Below are positions 49,950-59,297 of a stretch of DNA of 64,000 nt, piece after piece; positions within the stretch are counted from its first letter, which is position 1, and the number at the start of each line of letters is the position of its first letter. The position numbers and the translations under genes were made by a program. The DNA comes from Candidatus Altimarinota bacterium (GTDB lineage Bacteria; Patescibacteriota; Gracilibacteria; JBDHUY01), in assembly GCA_039809385.1 (NCBI GenBank), contig JBDHUY010000002.1, positions 1 through 64,000 on the forward strand. Direction: 5' to 3'. The notes beneath the pieces are model-generated. The model searched no databases. It had not been told where the DNA came from and saw only the letters and a list, made by a program, of their open reading frames with translations.

Positions 49950-50185
49950 ATATCGTAAACAATTTTATCTATATTTTTACTGAGATTCTTGTCTTTCGAA
50001 CGGAATCGGATTTTCAATACATCTTTAAGTGTATATTTTTTGCCCGGCACCCTTTCCAGCGGTACAATTTGAAATACCGCTTTCGAATTTTTTACGACGG
50101 TGAAGGACTGCCCGCGACGGGTAGCTTCGGTTACCTTTCTCATATTACGATGAAGTTCTTTAATACCGATAATTTGCGGATTCAT
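49946..50185 (-). CDS. Phd/YefM-like antitoxin
   Basis: IGIKEL, GQSF.V.KNSK.VF.IVP; ATGA coupling to vapC. Confidence 0.85.
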   Translation of the reverse strand: MNPQIIGIKELHRNMRKVTEATRRGQSFTVVKNSKAVFQIVPLERVPGKKYTLKDVLKIRFRSKDKNLSKNIDKIVYDI

Positions 50186-50199
50186 AGGAAAAATGATAA

Positions 50200-50236
50200 A
50201 AAGGTACAACAAAAGTTTAACTTTCGTTGTACCTTT
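50200..50236. promoter_or_regulatory. Palindromic operator (or terminator) upstream of the phd-vapC pair
   Basis: AAAGGTACAAC.AAAGTT.AACTTT.GTTGTACCTTT. Confidence 0.6.
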
Positions 50237-50259
50237 AGTCAATCCGATCTGATTGCTGA

Positions 50260-50634
50260 TCAGACGGAAGGCTTTCTTTTGGAAAAGAAATATCTGGCAT
50301 CTTCGATATCTTTTTCAATTGCTTCCACCAGTTTTTCCACACGCTCAAACTTTTTGTTATTTCGTAATTTTTCTACAATCTCGACTTCCAGTTTTTGGTC
50401 ATAGAGATTTTGATCAAAATCGAGAATATGGACCTCGCACGTCCAGCCCACATCGTCGAACGTGTCGGCGACCCCGTTGAAAATAAGGGCGGGCAGTTTA
50501 CGATCACCCACAAAGGCGTATCCCAAAAACGTGCCGTTTTCGGTCCATGGCGTTTCAAGCGCCAGGTTGGCGGTGGCAAAGCCCAGTCCTTTGCCGCGCC
50601 CCTTGCCATGAATGACAGTACCGGAGAGATACAT
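50260..50634 (-). CDS. Stand-alone riboflavin kinase
   Basis: G.V.HG.GRG..LGFATAN, EVHILDF...LY, LR...KF. Confidence 0.92.
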   Translation of the reverse strand: MYLSGTVIHGKGRGKGLGFATANLALETPWTENGTFLGYAFVGDRKLPALIFNGVADTFDDVGWTCEVHILDFDQNLYDQKLEVEIVEKLRNNKKFERVEKLVEAIEKDIEDARYFFSKRKPSV

Positions 50635-50787
50635 GGGAGTTTATAAAGTTTGTAAAGTTATAAAGTTCATAAAGCGTAATCGACCTCGGGTTCTCATGAA
50701 GACGGGAGGATAGAAGACAGCAGTCCAATACTAGATACTAAATACTCTTCCAAAGTTGTTTTTCTTCAACATTACCGTTATACTGTA

Positions 50788-50947
50788 CCCTGTCTGAGAT
50801 ACTCGTTATCTTTGAATACATTTTCCTCTACATTCTGTTCTTACGGGATCCTCATATCTGTTTAGACCGTGGTCTAGGCGTGCGGGAACCCACCTGGTTT
50901 CTTTCCGGGGAATATTATTCAATCTCGTAACGGTATTTTGGACGTGG
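50788..50947 (+). ncRNA. ssrS: 6S RNA
   Basis: Closing stem GUCUGAGAUACUCGUUA/UAACGGUAUUUUGGAC (G-U pairs fix the strand); GGGAACCCACCUG motif; TATACT -10 box at 50779; T-run after. Confidence 0.8.
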
Positions 50948-50952
50948 TTTTT

Positions 50953-51399
50953 TTATACGTCGAAGCTGGCTTCCAGGAGTGTTTTTACCAAATTGCCGTC
51001 GGCTTTTCCGCGCAGTTCGTTCATGAGGAGTCCCATAAGTTTTCCCATGTCATTTTTGGCAGTCATACCGCTTTGCGTTTTTTTCTCGGCGATGATTCTG
51101 GTAATCTCCTCTGCGCTGAGCAGTGTGGGCAGGTAAGAGCTCAGGATATTCAATTCCCGTTCTTCTTTGGTGACCAAATCGCTCCGGTTCCCGAGTAGGT
51201 ACTCTCGTATGGAATCCTGATGCTGTTTTACCTGCTTTTGCAGGATCTTCAGGACTTCTCCGTCTTCTAGTGTATCTTTGCGCAGATTGATCTTTTCGTT
51301 TTTGAGCGCCGAGATCAAAAAACGCAGCGTATCTGTCCGTACCGGATCTTTCTCCTTCATAGCCGCGACCAGATCTTTTTGCAGTGTATCAAAGAGCAT
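50953..51399 (-). CDS. GatB/YqeY domain protein
   Basis: AMKEKD..R..TLR, K.VKQ..DSI.EY, YLP, MG.LMG, GKADG. Confidence 0.92.
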   Translation of the reverse strand: MLFDTLQKDLVAAMKEKDPVRTDTLRFLISALKNEKINLRKDTLEDGEVLKILQKQVKQHQDSIREYLLGNRSDLVTKEERELNILSSYLPTLLSAEEITRIIAEKKTQSGMTAKNDMGKLMGLLMNELRGKADGNLVKTLLEASFDV

Positions 51400-51668
51400 A
51401 CAGTGAGAGAAATACATCTAAATCGGTTTATATTCTATGTCATATGGTATGGAAGCACAAGAAAGGCAGGATTTGATGTATAAATGATGAATGATTAATT
51501 ATGAATGGGGAAAAGGGACATCTTTGAAATCGGGAATATTACCCATGAATTTCTATTAATGCCCCTTACTTTCTACAAATTTCTTTGCTTCCATATTCTT
51601 CGTGCATGCAGTTGCTGTTTTTTGCCCTACGCTGTAAGCTGTAGGCTGTTAACTTCTTACTTTCCCTC

Positions 51669-52178
51669 ATGTTGTCTCGTCGTGAAGAGAAGATCAAGGC
51701 GGTTGTTGATAAGCGCGATCCCGCGCTGACGCTGGTATTTGAGAATATTCACGATCCCCATAACCTCAGTGCCATCTTACGGACCTGCGATGCGGTTGGC
51801 ATAGGGGATGTGCATTTGTTGTATACGATTGAGAAATTTCCACGACTTGGTATAAAAAGTTCCAGTAGTGCTAAAAAATGGGTTGCAACGCATAAATGGC
51901 AAAAAGAAGACGAGTGTTTTGGTTCGTTAAAAAAAGCCGGTTTCACGATTGTGGCGACACACCTTGCGGCTGAATCTCAATCTCTTTACCAAAGTGACCT
52001 TCGCGGTAGGATCGCGCTTGTGGTAGGGAATGAGCACCGCGGTATTTCCGAAAAGACTCTCTCGTTGTGCGATCAAAATATTTTTATTCCCATGGTCGGC
52101 ATGGTCCAAAGTCTCAACGTGTCGGTGGCAACGGCGGTCATTCTGTATGAAGCATTCCGGCAGAGAAGGGAGACGTAG
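51669..52178 (+). CDS. trmH: tRNA Gm18 2'-O-methyltransferase (SpoU/TrmH)
   Basis: HDPHNLSAILRTCDA, GNEH.G, IPM.GMVQSLNVSVA. Confidence 0.88.
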   Translation: MLSRREEKIKAVVDKRDPALTLVFENIHDPHNLSAILRTCDAVGIGDVHLLYTIEKFPRLGIKSSSSAKKWVATHKWQKEDECFGSLKKAGFTIVATHLAAESQSLYQSDLRGRIALVVGNEHRGISEKTLSLCDQNIFIPMVGMVQSLNVSVATAVILYEAFRQRRET

Positions 52179-52305
52179 CTGACAGCCGACAGCGGTCAGC
52201 TATCAGCAGTCTACAATTATTAATTATAAATGATGAATTATTAATCATGAATTTCGGAATACGAAAGACTTAATACATAATACTTCATACCTCCCTCCTG
52301 TCCCC

Positions 52306-53946
52306 ATGGAAACTCTCCGCTTTGTCTTTAAAAATCTGGATCAGTTTCGCCTCCGCTTCGGTGTAGTCTTTGTGATTGCGGTCGCGGATGCCTGCGTGGT
52401 ATTCGGGATACCGTTTCTGTTATCCGAATTCACCAAGGAGAGTTTTTCTTTCTCGGCGTTCGGCTATCTGATGGGACTTGTGGGATTGCTCTACGGGACA
52501 TCACTTATTCTGCAATGGATCATCCGGCGTTTTGGCGAATCACTGGGTGCTCAGCTTGAGCATCATATTCGTTTAAAGTACTTTTATCGGCTGGAGCATA
52601 TTTCGCTCGATCGGATGGTCGAGCATCATTCCGGGTATGTTTTATCGCTTTTGAATCGGATCTGTCAGGGTGTGCCGGCACTGATATTTAATTCTTTTTG
52701 GGATATCGCACGCGGATTCACCACGCTTCTGCTTTTTTTTCTGGTGACGGCGCGCGAGTCGGTTCTTCTGGCATTGGGAAATACTCTCATCCTTTTATTT
52801 TTTGTGACACTGAGTATCTATCTTTCCGGAAAAATGGTACCGATCATCGATGCGGTGAATAAAAAACGGGCCGGAATGCTTTCGTCCTATGCCGACTTTA
52901 TGAGTAATTTGCCGACAGTACAAAAGCTGGGAATTTATGATTTTGTAGAACAACGTTTAGATGGACATAACCGTGATAATTTCGTTCAGATTCAACGTTT
53001 GCAAAACTTTCATGCCAATCGCTGGTTTATGCTTCATACGCTGCTGGGAGCGTTTTTGCTGGGTACGATCGCTTTTTTGCTATTTCAGATAAGTCAGGGA
53101 GCTGTATCCGTAGCTATTTTAATTTTGTTTATTACGAGCCTCCAAGTGGTGCGGGGAAATGTGGAACGCCTATCGGAGATGATCAAAATGATGCTGGAGT
53201 TGAAAACCTATGTGAAAAATCTGGAGGAGATCTTGGAGCAGCCGGTGCTTTATGGAAACGTCACTCCGAAAACTTGGAAAACGATTCGTTTGTCGAATAT
53301 CGTTTTTCAGTACCCGAAGACCGAAAAGCAGATTCTGCTGCCTGAGTTTGTGCTGGAACGCGGGACAAAAGTGTTGTTGACCGGAAAATCGGGGAGCGGC
53401 AAAACGACCTTGCTCCATCTGCTGAGCCGCTACCTGGTTCCGCAGGCGGGAGATCGGTTCGTTGATAAGCATTCGTTCAATACGCTTTCGCGAAACTTTT
53501 TTGATGCGAACTTTGCGTTTGTGTCGCAGGAGGTTGAACTGTTTAATCTTTCGTTGCGGGATAATATTACGTTTGATCGTGATCTGACCGAAGCGCAGAT
53601 TCTGAAGTTGCTGAAAGATCTTGATCTGGACGAATGGGTGAAGGGCTTGGAAAATGGTTTGGAAACCGTGGTGGGGGAGAAGGGATTGCGTCTTTCATCG
53701 GGGCAGAAGCAGCGGATTAATCTCTTGCGGGCTGTGCTGCTTGACCGGGAAATCTATTTGCTCGACGAACCGACGTCGCATCTGGATAGCAAGACCGAAG
53801 AAAAAGTGATCGCATTCTTAAAAAAGCGGCTGGCCAAAAAGACGGTCGTGATCGTGTCGCATCGAGAAAAATTGAAAGCACTTTGTAACAAAGCTTATAC
53901 TTTTCGTCAATCCGAACTCTTTAGCAGTATGATTGAAGCAGGCTGA
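52306..53946 (+). CDS. ABC exporter, fused TMD-ATPase
   Basis: GKSGSGKT, VSQE, LSSGQKQR, LLDEPT, SH. Confidence 0.92.
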   Translation: METLRFVFKNLDQFRLRFGVVFVIAVADACVVFGIPFLLSEFTKESFSFSAFGYLMGLVGLLYGTSLILQWIIRRFGESLGAQLEHHIRLKYFYRLEHISLDRMVEHHSGYVLSLLNRICQGVPALIFNSFWDIARGFTTLLLFFLVTARESVLLALGNTLILLFFVTLSIYLSGKMVPIIDAVNKKRAGMLSSYADFMSNLPTVQKLGIYDFVEQRLDGHNRDNFVQIQRLQNFHANRWFMLHTLLGAFLLGTIAFLLFQISQGAVSVAILILFITSLQVVRGNVERLSEMIKMMLELKTYVKNLEEILEQPVLYGNVTPKTWKTIRLSNIVFQYPKTEKQILLPEFVLERGTKVLLTGKSGSGKTTLLHLLSRYLVPQAGDRFVDKHSFNTLSRNFFDANFAFVSQEVELFNLSLRDNITFDRDLTEAQILKLLKDLDLDEWVKGLENGLETVVGEKGLRLSSGQKQRINLLRAVLLDREIYLLDEPTSHLDSKTEEKVIAFLKKRLAKKTVVIVSHREKLKALCNKAYTFRQSELFSSMIEAG

Positions 53947-54787
53947 TTAGTTCAGACAAATTGGCAAACACATTCAGAATATTTCCTAATAGTGGTAATC
54001 CTTTTTTTATTTCCAACTTTCCAGATTTTATACCGTTTATAACAGTAAACATAGATTGGCGAATCTGGGGAATGTCTGCAAGGACTTCTAAATGCTGCGA
54101 TATATTTATTCCCCTGCTTTGTTGGATAATCTCATTAATACTGTTAGCCATTAGGGTAAGATCTTCAGGCAACTGCTTTATTAATTTTTCTAACGGTTCC
54201 AACGAATTCTGATTAATAGTATCAGCTATGGATTTTAATCCTTCGACATAGCATACTATCTGTTGGCGTAGTTCATTTAATTGGTTCAGCTCGTTGAGAT
54301 ATGTTCCAAGATTCTCAATTTCTATTTCTTGAGTTATCTTTAATTTTATATCTGAAAGCTTTCCGGTTGTGGTTCCCCCTAATACATTTTCCCGAAGATT
54401 CACATAGTTAAGTGTATTCATATACCCATCAGGAAGTGTATCACCCTTGGGCCAATTCAGTTGTACCTCTCTCTTAATAAACTCTTCGACATTGCCAAGT
54501 CGCGGATCATTGAAGTTATCTCGAAATTGGACGAATTCTTCTGTTTGGGGTATTTCTTCAGCCCAATGAGGATATTTGAGGAGCAGTTCTCGAACCCCTT
54601 TCCGCGATGAATCATATTGGGTTATATCAAATTTTATTCCGGTCGGAGAAATGTGTTCTCTCCCAAGCTGCCGTAAACGAAAAAGGTATAGTTGCAATAC
54701 ATATTCTGCGGCATCTGTCCTGTATTCTGGCGGGAGTTCCCTGACTCGTTCCGGTGATCTATCGGTTTTTCCAAATTCAGTACTCAT
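53921..54787 (-). CDS. Hypothetical AT-rich protein
   Basis: 288-aa ORF, 26-bp convergent overlap. Confidence 0.6.
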   Translation of the reverse strand: MSTEFGKTDRSPERVRELPPEYRTDAAEYVLQLYLFRLRQLGREHISPTGIKFDITQYDSSRKGVRELLLKYPHWAEEIPQTEEFVQFRDNFNDPRLGNVEEFIKREVQLNWPKGDTLPDGYMNTLNYVNLRENVLGGTTTGKLSDIKLKITQEIEIENLGTYLNELNQLNELRQQIVCYVEGLKSIADTINQNSLEPLEKLIKQLPEDLTLMANSINEIIQQSRGINISQHLEVLADIPQIRQSMFTVINGIKSGKLEIKKGLPLLGNILNVFANLSELISLLQSYC

Positions 54788-54889
54788 ACAACATTAAAAA
54801 TATATAAGAAATTTAGCTAAAAAGCGCCAGTATTTTACTGATACCTATTTATTTGTCAAAGATAAATTGTTGGCTTTTTTCTATTTTTT

Positions 54890-56026
54890 TCACGAAACCA
54901 TTCGGTAGATCCAGCGCGAAATGAGTCGTCGCGTAACCGGGAGGTTGGGATCGAATTTGGAGCTATGATCGATGATATTTCGTTCGTAGGCCGTATTGAT
55001 AAACGGCGTATACCAGGCATCCACCGCCACATCGCTGAAATAGCTGTTCGTTACGCTGGTTGGTACCGCAATCTTTTTGGTATTGAGCAACACTTTGAGC
55101 GCTTCAGCTTTGGTAATATTATTCCCGGGTTTAAACGTGCCATCTCCGTAGCCGCGGATAATCCCATCCTGAAACGCCGTTTCGGTGTAGCCGAAAAACC
55201 AGTCGTTGGTCTTCACGTCCGAAAATGACGAGGCGTTGAAGGTTCGAACCGGATAAGCAAAAGCTACAAACGCCATTTTGAGCAGCTCGGCCCGGTTGAT
55301 CGGATTTTCGGGTTTGAACGAACCGTCCGGATACCCCTGGATCACATTGTGCTCTTTGAGATATTTGATCGCCGCATAGTCGGCATCGTCGTTGGCGATA
55401 TCGGTAAACAGCGTCCCACCGGCAGTACCGAGATAGGTTTGAATGTACGTCATGGGCGAAATAGTGTACTGGCGAGCCCGGTCGATATTGAGGCTTCCGT
55501 TAACCGCGTCGGTGTACGAAGAATACCCGGCGGCTACCATTTCGGCGTTACTGAACGGCCAGTAGGGATGAAACGGCGCATCGTGGGTATCGATTTGAAA
55601 ATGCAGGTGCGCCGCGGTCGAGTTGCCGGTCGAACCGCTTACTCCGATCTTCGCTCCTGTGGTGACGGTTTGTCCCTGCGCCACGGCAAGACTACTGAGG
55701 TGCAGGTAACAGGAATAGTAGGTAACCAGCGTGTTGGGATTTTGAAATGATGGACAGTTCTCATGTTTAAGCACCAAATAATTTCCGTAGGACGGATCGT
55801 TGGTTTTGGCGATGAAGACCGACCCGTCTATCACGGCAAACACATCCGTTTGCCCATTGGGATATTTCGTAGCATCTATGTCAACGCCGCAATGCGAACC
55901 TACGTTTTCGCGATAATCGTTCTCGATGTAATTCCCTAAATTCACGGTGGTGTAATAGAGTACCTGGACATTTGCAGGGTCATAGCGGGGAATACCGGCG
56001 ATCGGCAGGGAAGTCTTCATAGGCAT
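54890..56026 (-). CDS. M23 peptidase with SLH repeats
   Basis: HCGVD, YGNY, HL, G.SG.TG.S...HLHF; GYPDGSFKP..INRAE. Confidence 0.9.
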   Translation of the reverse strand: MPMKTSLPIAGIPRYDPANVQVLYYTTVNLGNYIENDYRENVGSHCGVDIDATKYPNGQTDVFAVIDGSVFIAKTNDPSYGNYLVLKHENCPSFQNPNTLVTYYSCYLHLSSLAVAQGQTVTTGAKIGVSGSTGNSTAAHLHFQIDTHDAPFHPYWPFSNAEMVAAGYSSYTDAVNGSLNIDRARQYTISPMTYIQTYLGTAGGTLFTDIANDDADYAAIKYLKEHNVIQGYPDGSFKPENPINRAELLKMAFVAFAYPVRTFNASSFSDVKTNDWFFGYTETAFQDGIIRGYGDGTFKPGNNITKAEALKVLLNTKKIAVPTSVTNSYFSDVAVDAWYTPFINTAYERNIIDHSSKFDPNLPVTRRLISRWIYRMVS

Positions 56027-56059
56027 GTATTTTTAAGATACTGGTTTTAGTATAGCACA

Positions 56060-56223
56060 AGAGTTGGGAGAGGGGAGATCGGAGTTAGGAGAAAGAGCAG
56101 GCGTACAGCTGACAGCGTACAGCTATCAGCAGCCTGTGGTCAGGTAAGACAAAATGAAATTACTTGTCCCCGTTCCCCCTGATAAGGCTTGCACTGAACG
56201 GAGTGAAGTGGGGCTAGGGGGTT
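56060..56223. repeat. Repeat stack ending in a nested CCCCCTGATAAGG element
   Basis: Purine heptamers, CAGCTGA heptamers, CCCCCTGATAAGG[CTTGCACTGAACGGAGTGAAGT]GGGGCTAGGGGGTT. Confidence 0.7.
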
Positions 56224-56291
56224 CAGGATTGCTCGTAATATTGCTTTGCTTCTAAACAAAAATCCCAAACCTAAATTCTTCTAAAAAAATA

Positions 56292-56515
56292 TTGACATTC
56301 CAGAAAAACGAAATAAAATGCTCATAACCGTTTTTGGCCTCGACGCTCGCAGCAATGCGATGCACCTGCCACGGTAATAAGGTGATCTTTGAAAGATGAG
56401 AGTGAGAGAAATATATTTTTGTACGAGAGTACGGTTGTGGAAATTTATCTAAGTTTCCAGAGCCCTGCTCTCGTATGAGGCAGGATAAATACAATCTTCG
56501 AAAGGATCCAAAAAT
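56292..56515 (+). promoter_or_regulatory. Promoter plus structured leader with boxA-like motif
   Basis: TTGACA-N16-TAAAAT; GCAA-tetraloop hairpin; TGATCTTTGAAA; long hairpin 56422-56475. Confidence 0.5.
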
Positions 56516-56659
56516 ATGACTTCTACCGCTACACAAAAAGCGAAACAATCAACCTCTGCACAACCAGTAAATCAACAGATCAATCAAAAAACAGAACTAG
56601 CAAAGAAGCAACCTAAACCGCGGTATAGAAACCGTCAATCCTACAATCGAAGGAAATAA
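56516..56659 (+). CDS. 47-aa basic small protein
   Basis: MTSTATQKAK...PKPRYRNRQSYNRRK; AAAGGA 9 nt upstream of ATG. Confidence 0.5.
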   Translation: MTSTATQKAKQSTSAQPVNQQINQKTELAKKQPKPRYRNRQSYNRRK

Positions 56660-57033
56660 AATAACCTTCATTCTCTTTCTCTCACCTCCACATCTCCCCA
56701 CAAAATCACCTCCAATCCGCTTCGGCCGGCCGTAACATACACGCCGGTCGAAGCACTCCACTCGTCTCCCATTTGCCAAAAATAATCGGATTGGTATTAT
56801 TCCCTATGGTTGTTTCTTTTTGATGTGGTATGACCAGCCAAGAATCATATGAGGCGGTTCTCTGTACTGACACGACGAAAGTTCCCATTCAACCGACTCC
56901 ATCGTCATTTTTTACTGTGAGCGATGGACTCGGGACAGTTTTTGGCACGGCTACGAGGAGGAAGGACTTGGAGAGACTTTTACAATCTTGTCAGAGTAAA
57001 ACAGGCGTTATTTTTATCGACTGAGTTATTTGC

Positions 57034-58185
57034 ATGAAAGAACAACAATCAGAACCTTTACGCGTTATCATTATTCAAATCATTGACCCCGCCGAGAACC
57101 GTTTTCAAGCTGAGCAGGAAGGAGCCGAACTGGTACGTCTGATAGACACCCTGCGCGGGATGGTCGTGGTCAAAATTTTACAAAAAAGAGGACGACCTTC
57201 CGCCAATATGTACTTAGGCAGCGGGAAAGCGCACGAAGTCGCCGGGCTCGCCAAACACCTGCGCGCCGATGTGGTCATCGCCAACGCGATGCTCAAACCA
57301 ACCCAGTTACACAATTTGAGACGCATTATTCCCGTACCAGTCTGGGATCGTGTCGACGTGATCCTGAAAATATTCGAACACCACGCCCAAACCCAGGAAG
57401 CCAAATGGCAGGTCGAACTGGCCCGTCTGAGGCACGAGTTTCCCCGACTGTACGGAAAAGGCATTGATCTGTCCCAGATCGTCGGCGGGAAAAAAGGGTA
57501 TACCCGCGGTCCGGGTGAAAAACTGCTGGAATTGCAAAAACGACACCTGCGGCGACGCATCGATACGCTGGAGAAAAAACTGGAGAATCTCAAAAAGGTC
57601 CGCGCAACCCAGCGCGAAGCGCGTACCCGCCAGAACTTTTTCAATGTGGCCATCGTCGGCTATACCAATGCCGGCAAAAGCTCCCTACTGGTAGCGCTCA
57701 CCAAAAAGAGAAACGTCTACGTCGCCGACGAACTGTTTGCGACGCTCGATACGCGTATCGGAACGTTGTATCTGGGCGACTGGCGCCAGAAGGTCATAGT
57801 GTCGGATACGATCGGTTTTTTACGTGCTCTCCCTCCGCACTTGATCTCTTCCTTTCTGGCAACGCTCGAAGAAGCCGTACAGGCTGACTTACTAGTACAT
57901 GTAGTGGATGCCAGCGATCCTGAAGCAATCGAAAAAGCCGAAGTGGTCGGACAAATTCTGGCGACCCTCGGGATAGGGGAGAAGCCGACGCTCTATGTGT
58001 TGAACAAAATCGATGTAGCTCATCCGGATCATCTGCAGTCGCTGCGAAACTTTTTTGTCGAACACAAATTATTTGCCGTCTCGACCCGTACGGGTGAAGG
58101 GCTGGAACCTTTGAAAGAAGAAATTCGCAAGATGGTTGAAAAACGGGATCAAAAGACTTTTTTGCTCAAGCCGGCTGTTTCATAA
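57034..58185 (+). CDS. hflX: GTPase HflX
   Basis: G.GK, RGPGE, GYTNAGKS, LFATLD, DTIGF, NKID. Confidence 0.96.
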   Translation: MKEQQSEPLRVIIIQIIDPAENRFQAEQEGAELVRLIDTLRGMVVVKILQKRGRPSANMYLGSGKAHEVAGLAKHLRADVVIANAMLKPTQLHNLRRIIPVPVWDRVDVILKIFEHHAQTQEAKWQVELARLRHEFPRLYGKGIDLSQIVGGKKGYTRGPGEKLLELQKRHLRRRIDTLEKKLENLKKVRATQREARTRQNFFNVAIVGYTNAGKSSLLVALTKKRNVYVADELFATLDTRIGTLYLGDWRQKVIVSDTIGFLRALPPHLISSFLATLEEAVQADLLVHVVDASDPEAIEKAEVVGQILATLGIGEKPTLYVLNKIDVAHPDHLQSLRNFFVEHKLFAVSTRTGEGLEPLKEEIRKMVEKRDQKTFLLKPAVS

Positions 58186-58330
58186 CAATATTCTTATACC
58201 ATTTCTAAATCGAACTGTTACAAAATTTGAGATATCAGTTTGAAATGGAATTGGTATTACTTGATCCTCTCACGAAGGTAGTTCGTTTTCTATTCGCGTA
58301 AACAGTGTGTGAATATCGTTACCTCATATT

Positions 58331-58373
58331 CTCCCTGATATTTCACTGAGTGAAATCGAAGTGGGACTAGGGG
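58331..58373. repeat. Second, degenerate copy of the nested element
   Basis: CTCCCTGATA[TTTCACTGAGTGAAATCGAAGT]GGGACTAGGGG. Confidence 0.6.
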
Positions 58374-58451
58374 CAAGACGCTTTCATATATCTTGTTTAT
58401 ATATTGCAACGCTGTATCCCGTCGTGGCAGGGAGAGATTTGTACTATTGAT

Positions 58452-59294
58452 TTAAAACAGGCCGACTACCAGATTCGTGATCAGATAGGCAGAGAGGGAT
58501 AGTACCAGACCGATCACGGCGTATAGCATACTTTTGCGGGCTTTCAGGATTTTTTCCTCGTCTCCGGCTGCCATAGCATAACTGACTCCGCCGTATACGA
58601 GGTAGATGCCGGTTAATCCGGCTACAAAAGAAAACAGACCTTTGGCGATATTACCGCTAATATCGCTGATCGACGTTTCGGTTTTTACCACACCGCCGGG
58701 AGCGTTATAGTCGTAGCGGTCTCCTTTTTCCAGAAAAGCGAAACTGCCCGGCGCTGGGCTGTTTTCAACGGCGAGACGTATAAATTCGGCTGCCGGGAGA
58801 GGATAGGTTTTATACGATTGCCCGGAATCGTCCAGCTCGTCGGTCCCGGATATTTCGCTTACTTTCAACGAACCGCTTTCATAGATGGTATTGATACTGG
58901 TAGCTTTGGGCTGATCTTTTACAATAAAATTCAACCGGGCCAAGTCCTGATCTTTGGGAACATCCATGCCATACAGCAATATGACCGTCGTACCTTCGGA
59001 TTGCCTGATTTGAGCGCTGTTTACCCCTGTTAATGGATGTATAGTAGGACTTTCCAGAAACTCAGGCCAGTTGGAAAGCGTCAGCTTGACTCCCTGGAGC
59101 GGACTTGTTTGACTAGCTCCTACGCTTTTGATAATGACGGTGACTGTATCGCCTGTTTTTATTGAATAAAAGGATTTGTCGGTTTCGATGCGTACTGGAT
59201 AACCAGAAGCAGTAAGCGTCCCCGCCAAAATCAGAGTAATATTTACCTGAAAAAACGTAATTCCTATAATGGCGAAGAGAATCAAACGTTTCAT
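58452..59294 (-). CDS. Cohesin-like domain + C-terminal pilin-like hairpin
   Basis: GDTVTV.I, LARL.F; YGGVSYAMAAGDEEKILKARKSMLYAVIG. Confidence 0.7.
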   Translation of the reverse strand: MKRLILFAIIGITFFQVNITLILAGTLTASGYPVRIETDKSFYSIKTGDTVTVIIKSVGASQTSPLQGVKLTLSNWPEFLESPTIHPLTGVNSAQIRQSEGTTVILLYGMDVPKDQDLARLNFIVKDQPKATSINTIYESGSLKVSEISGTDELDDSGQSYKTYPLPAAEFIRLAVENSPAPGSFAFLEKGDRYDYNAPGGVVKTETSISDISGNIAKGLFSFVAGLTGIYLVYGGVSYAMAAGDEEKILKARKSMLYAVIGLVLSLSAYLITNLVVGLF

Positions 59295-59297
59295 AGA

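Noticed and set aside
56597-56671. Minus-strand 24-aa ORF with GGAGGTGA upstream
   Set aside because: Overlaps the better-supported plus-strand unit; no other evidence
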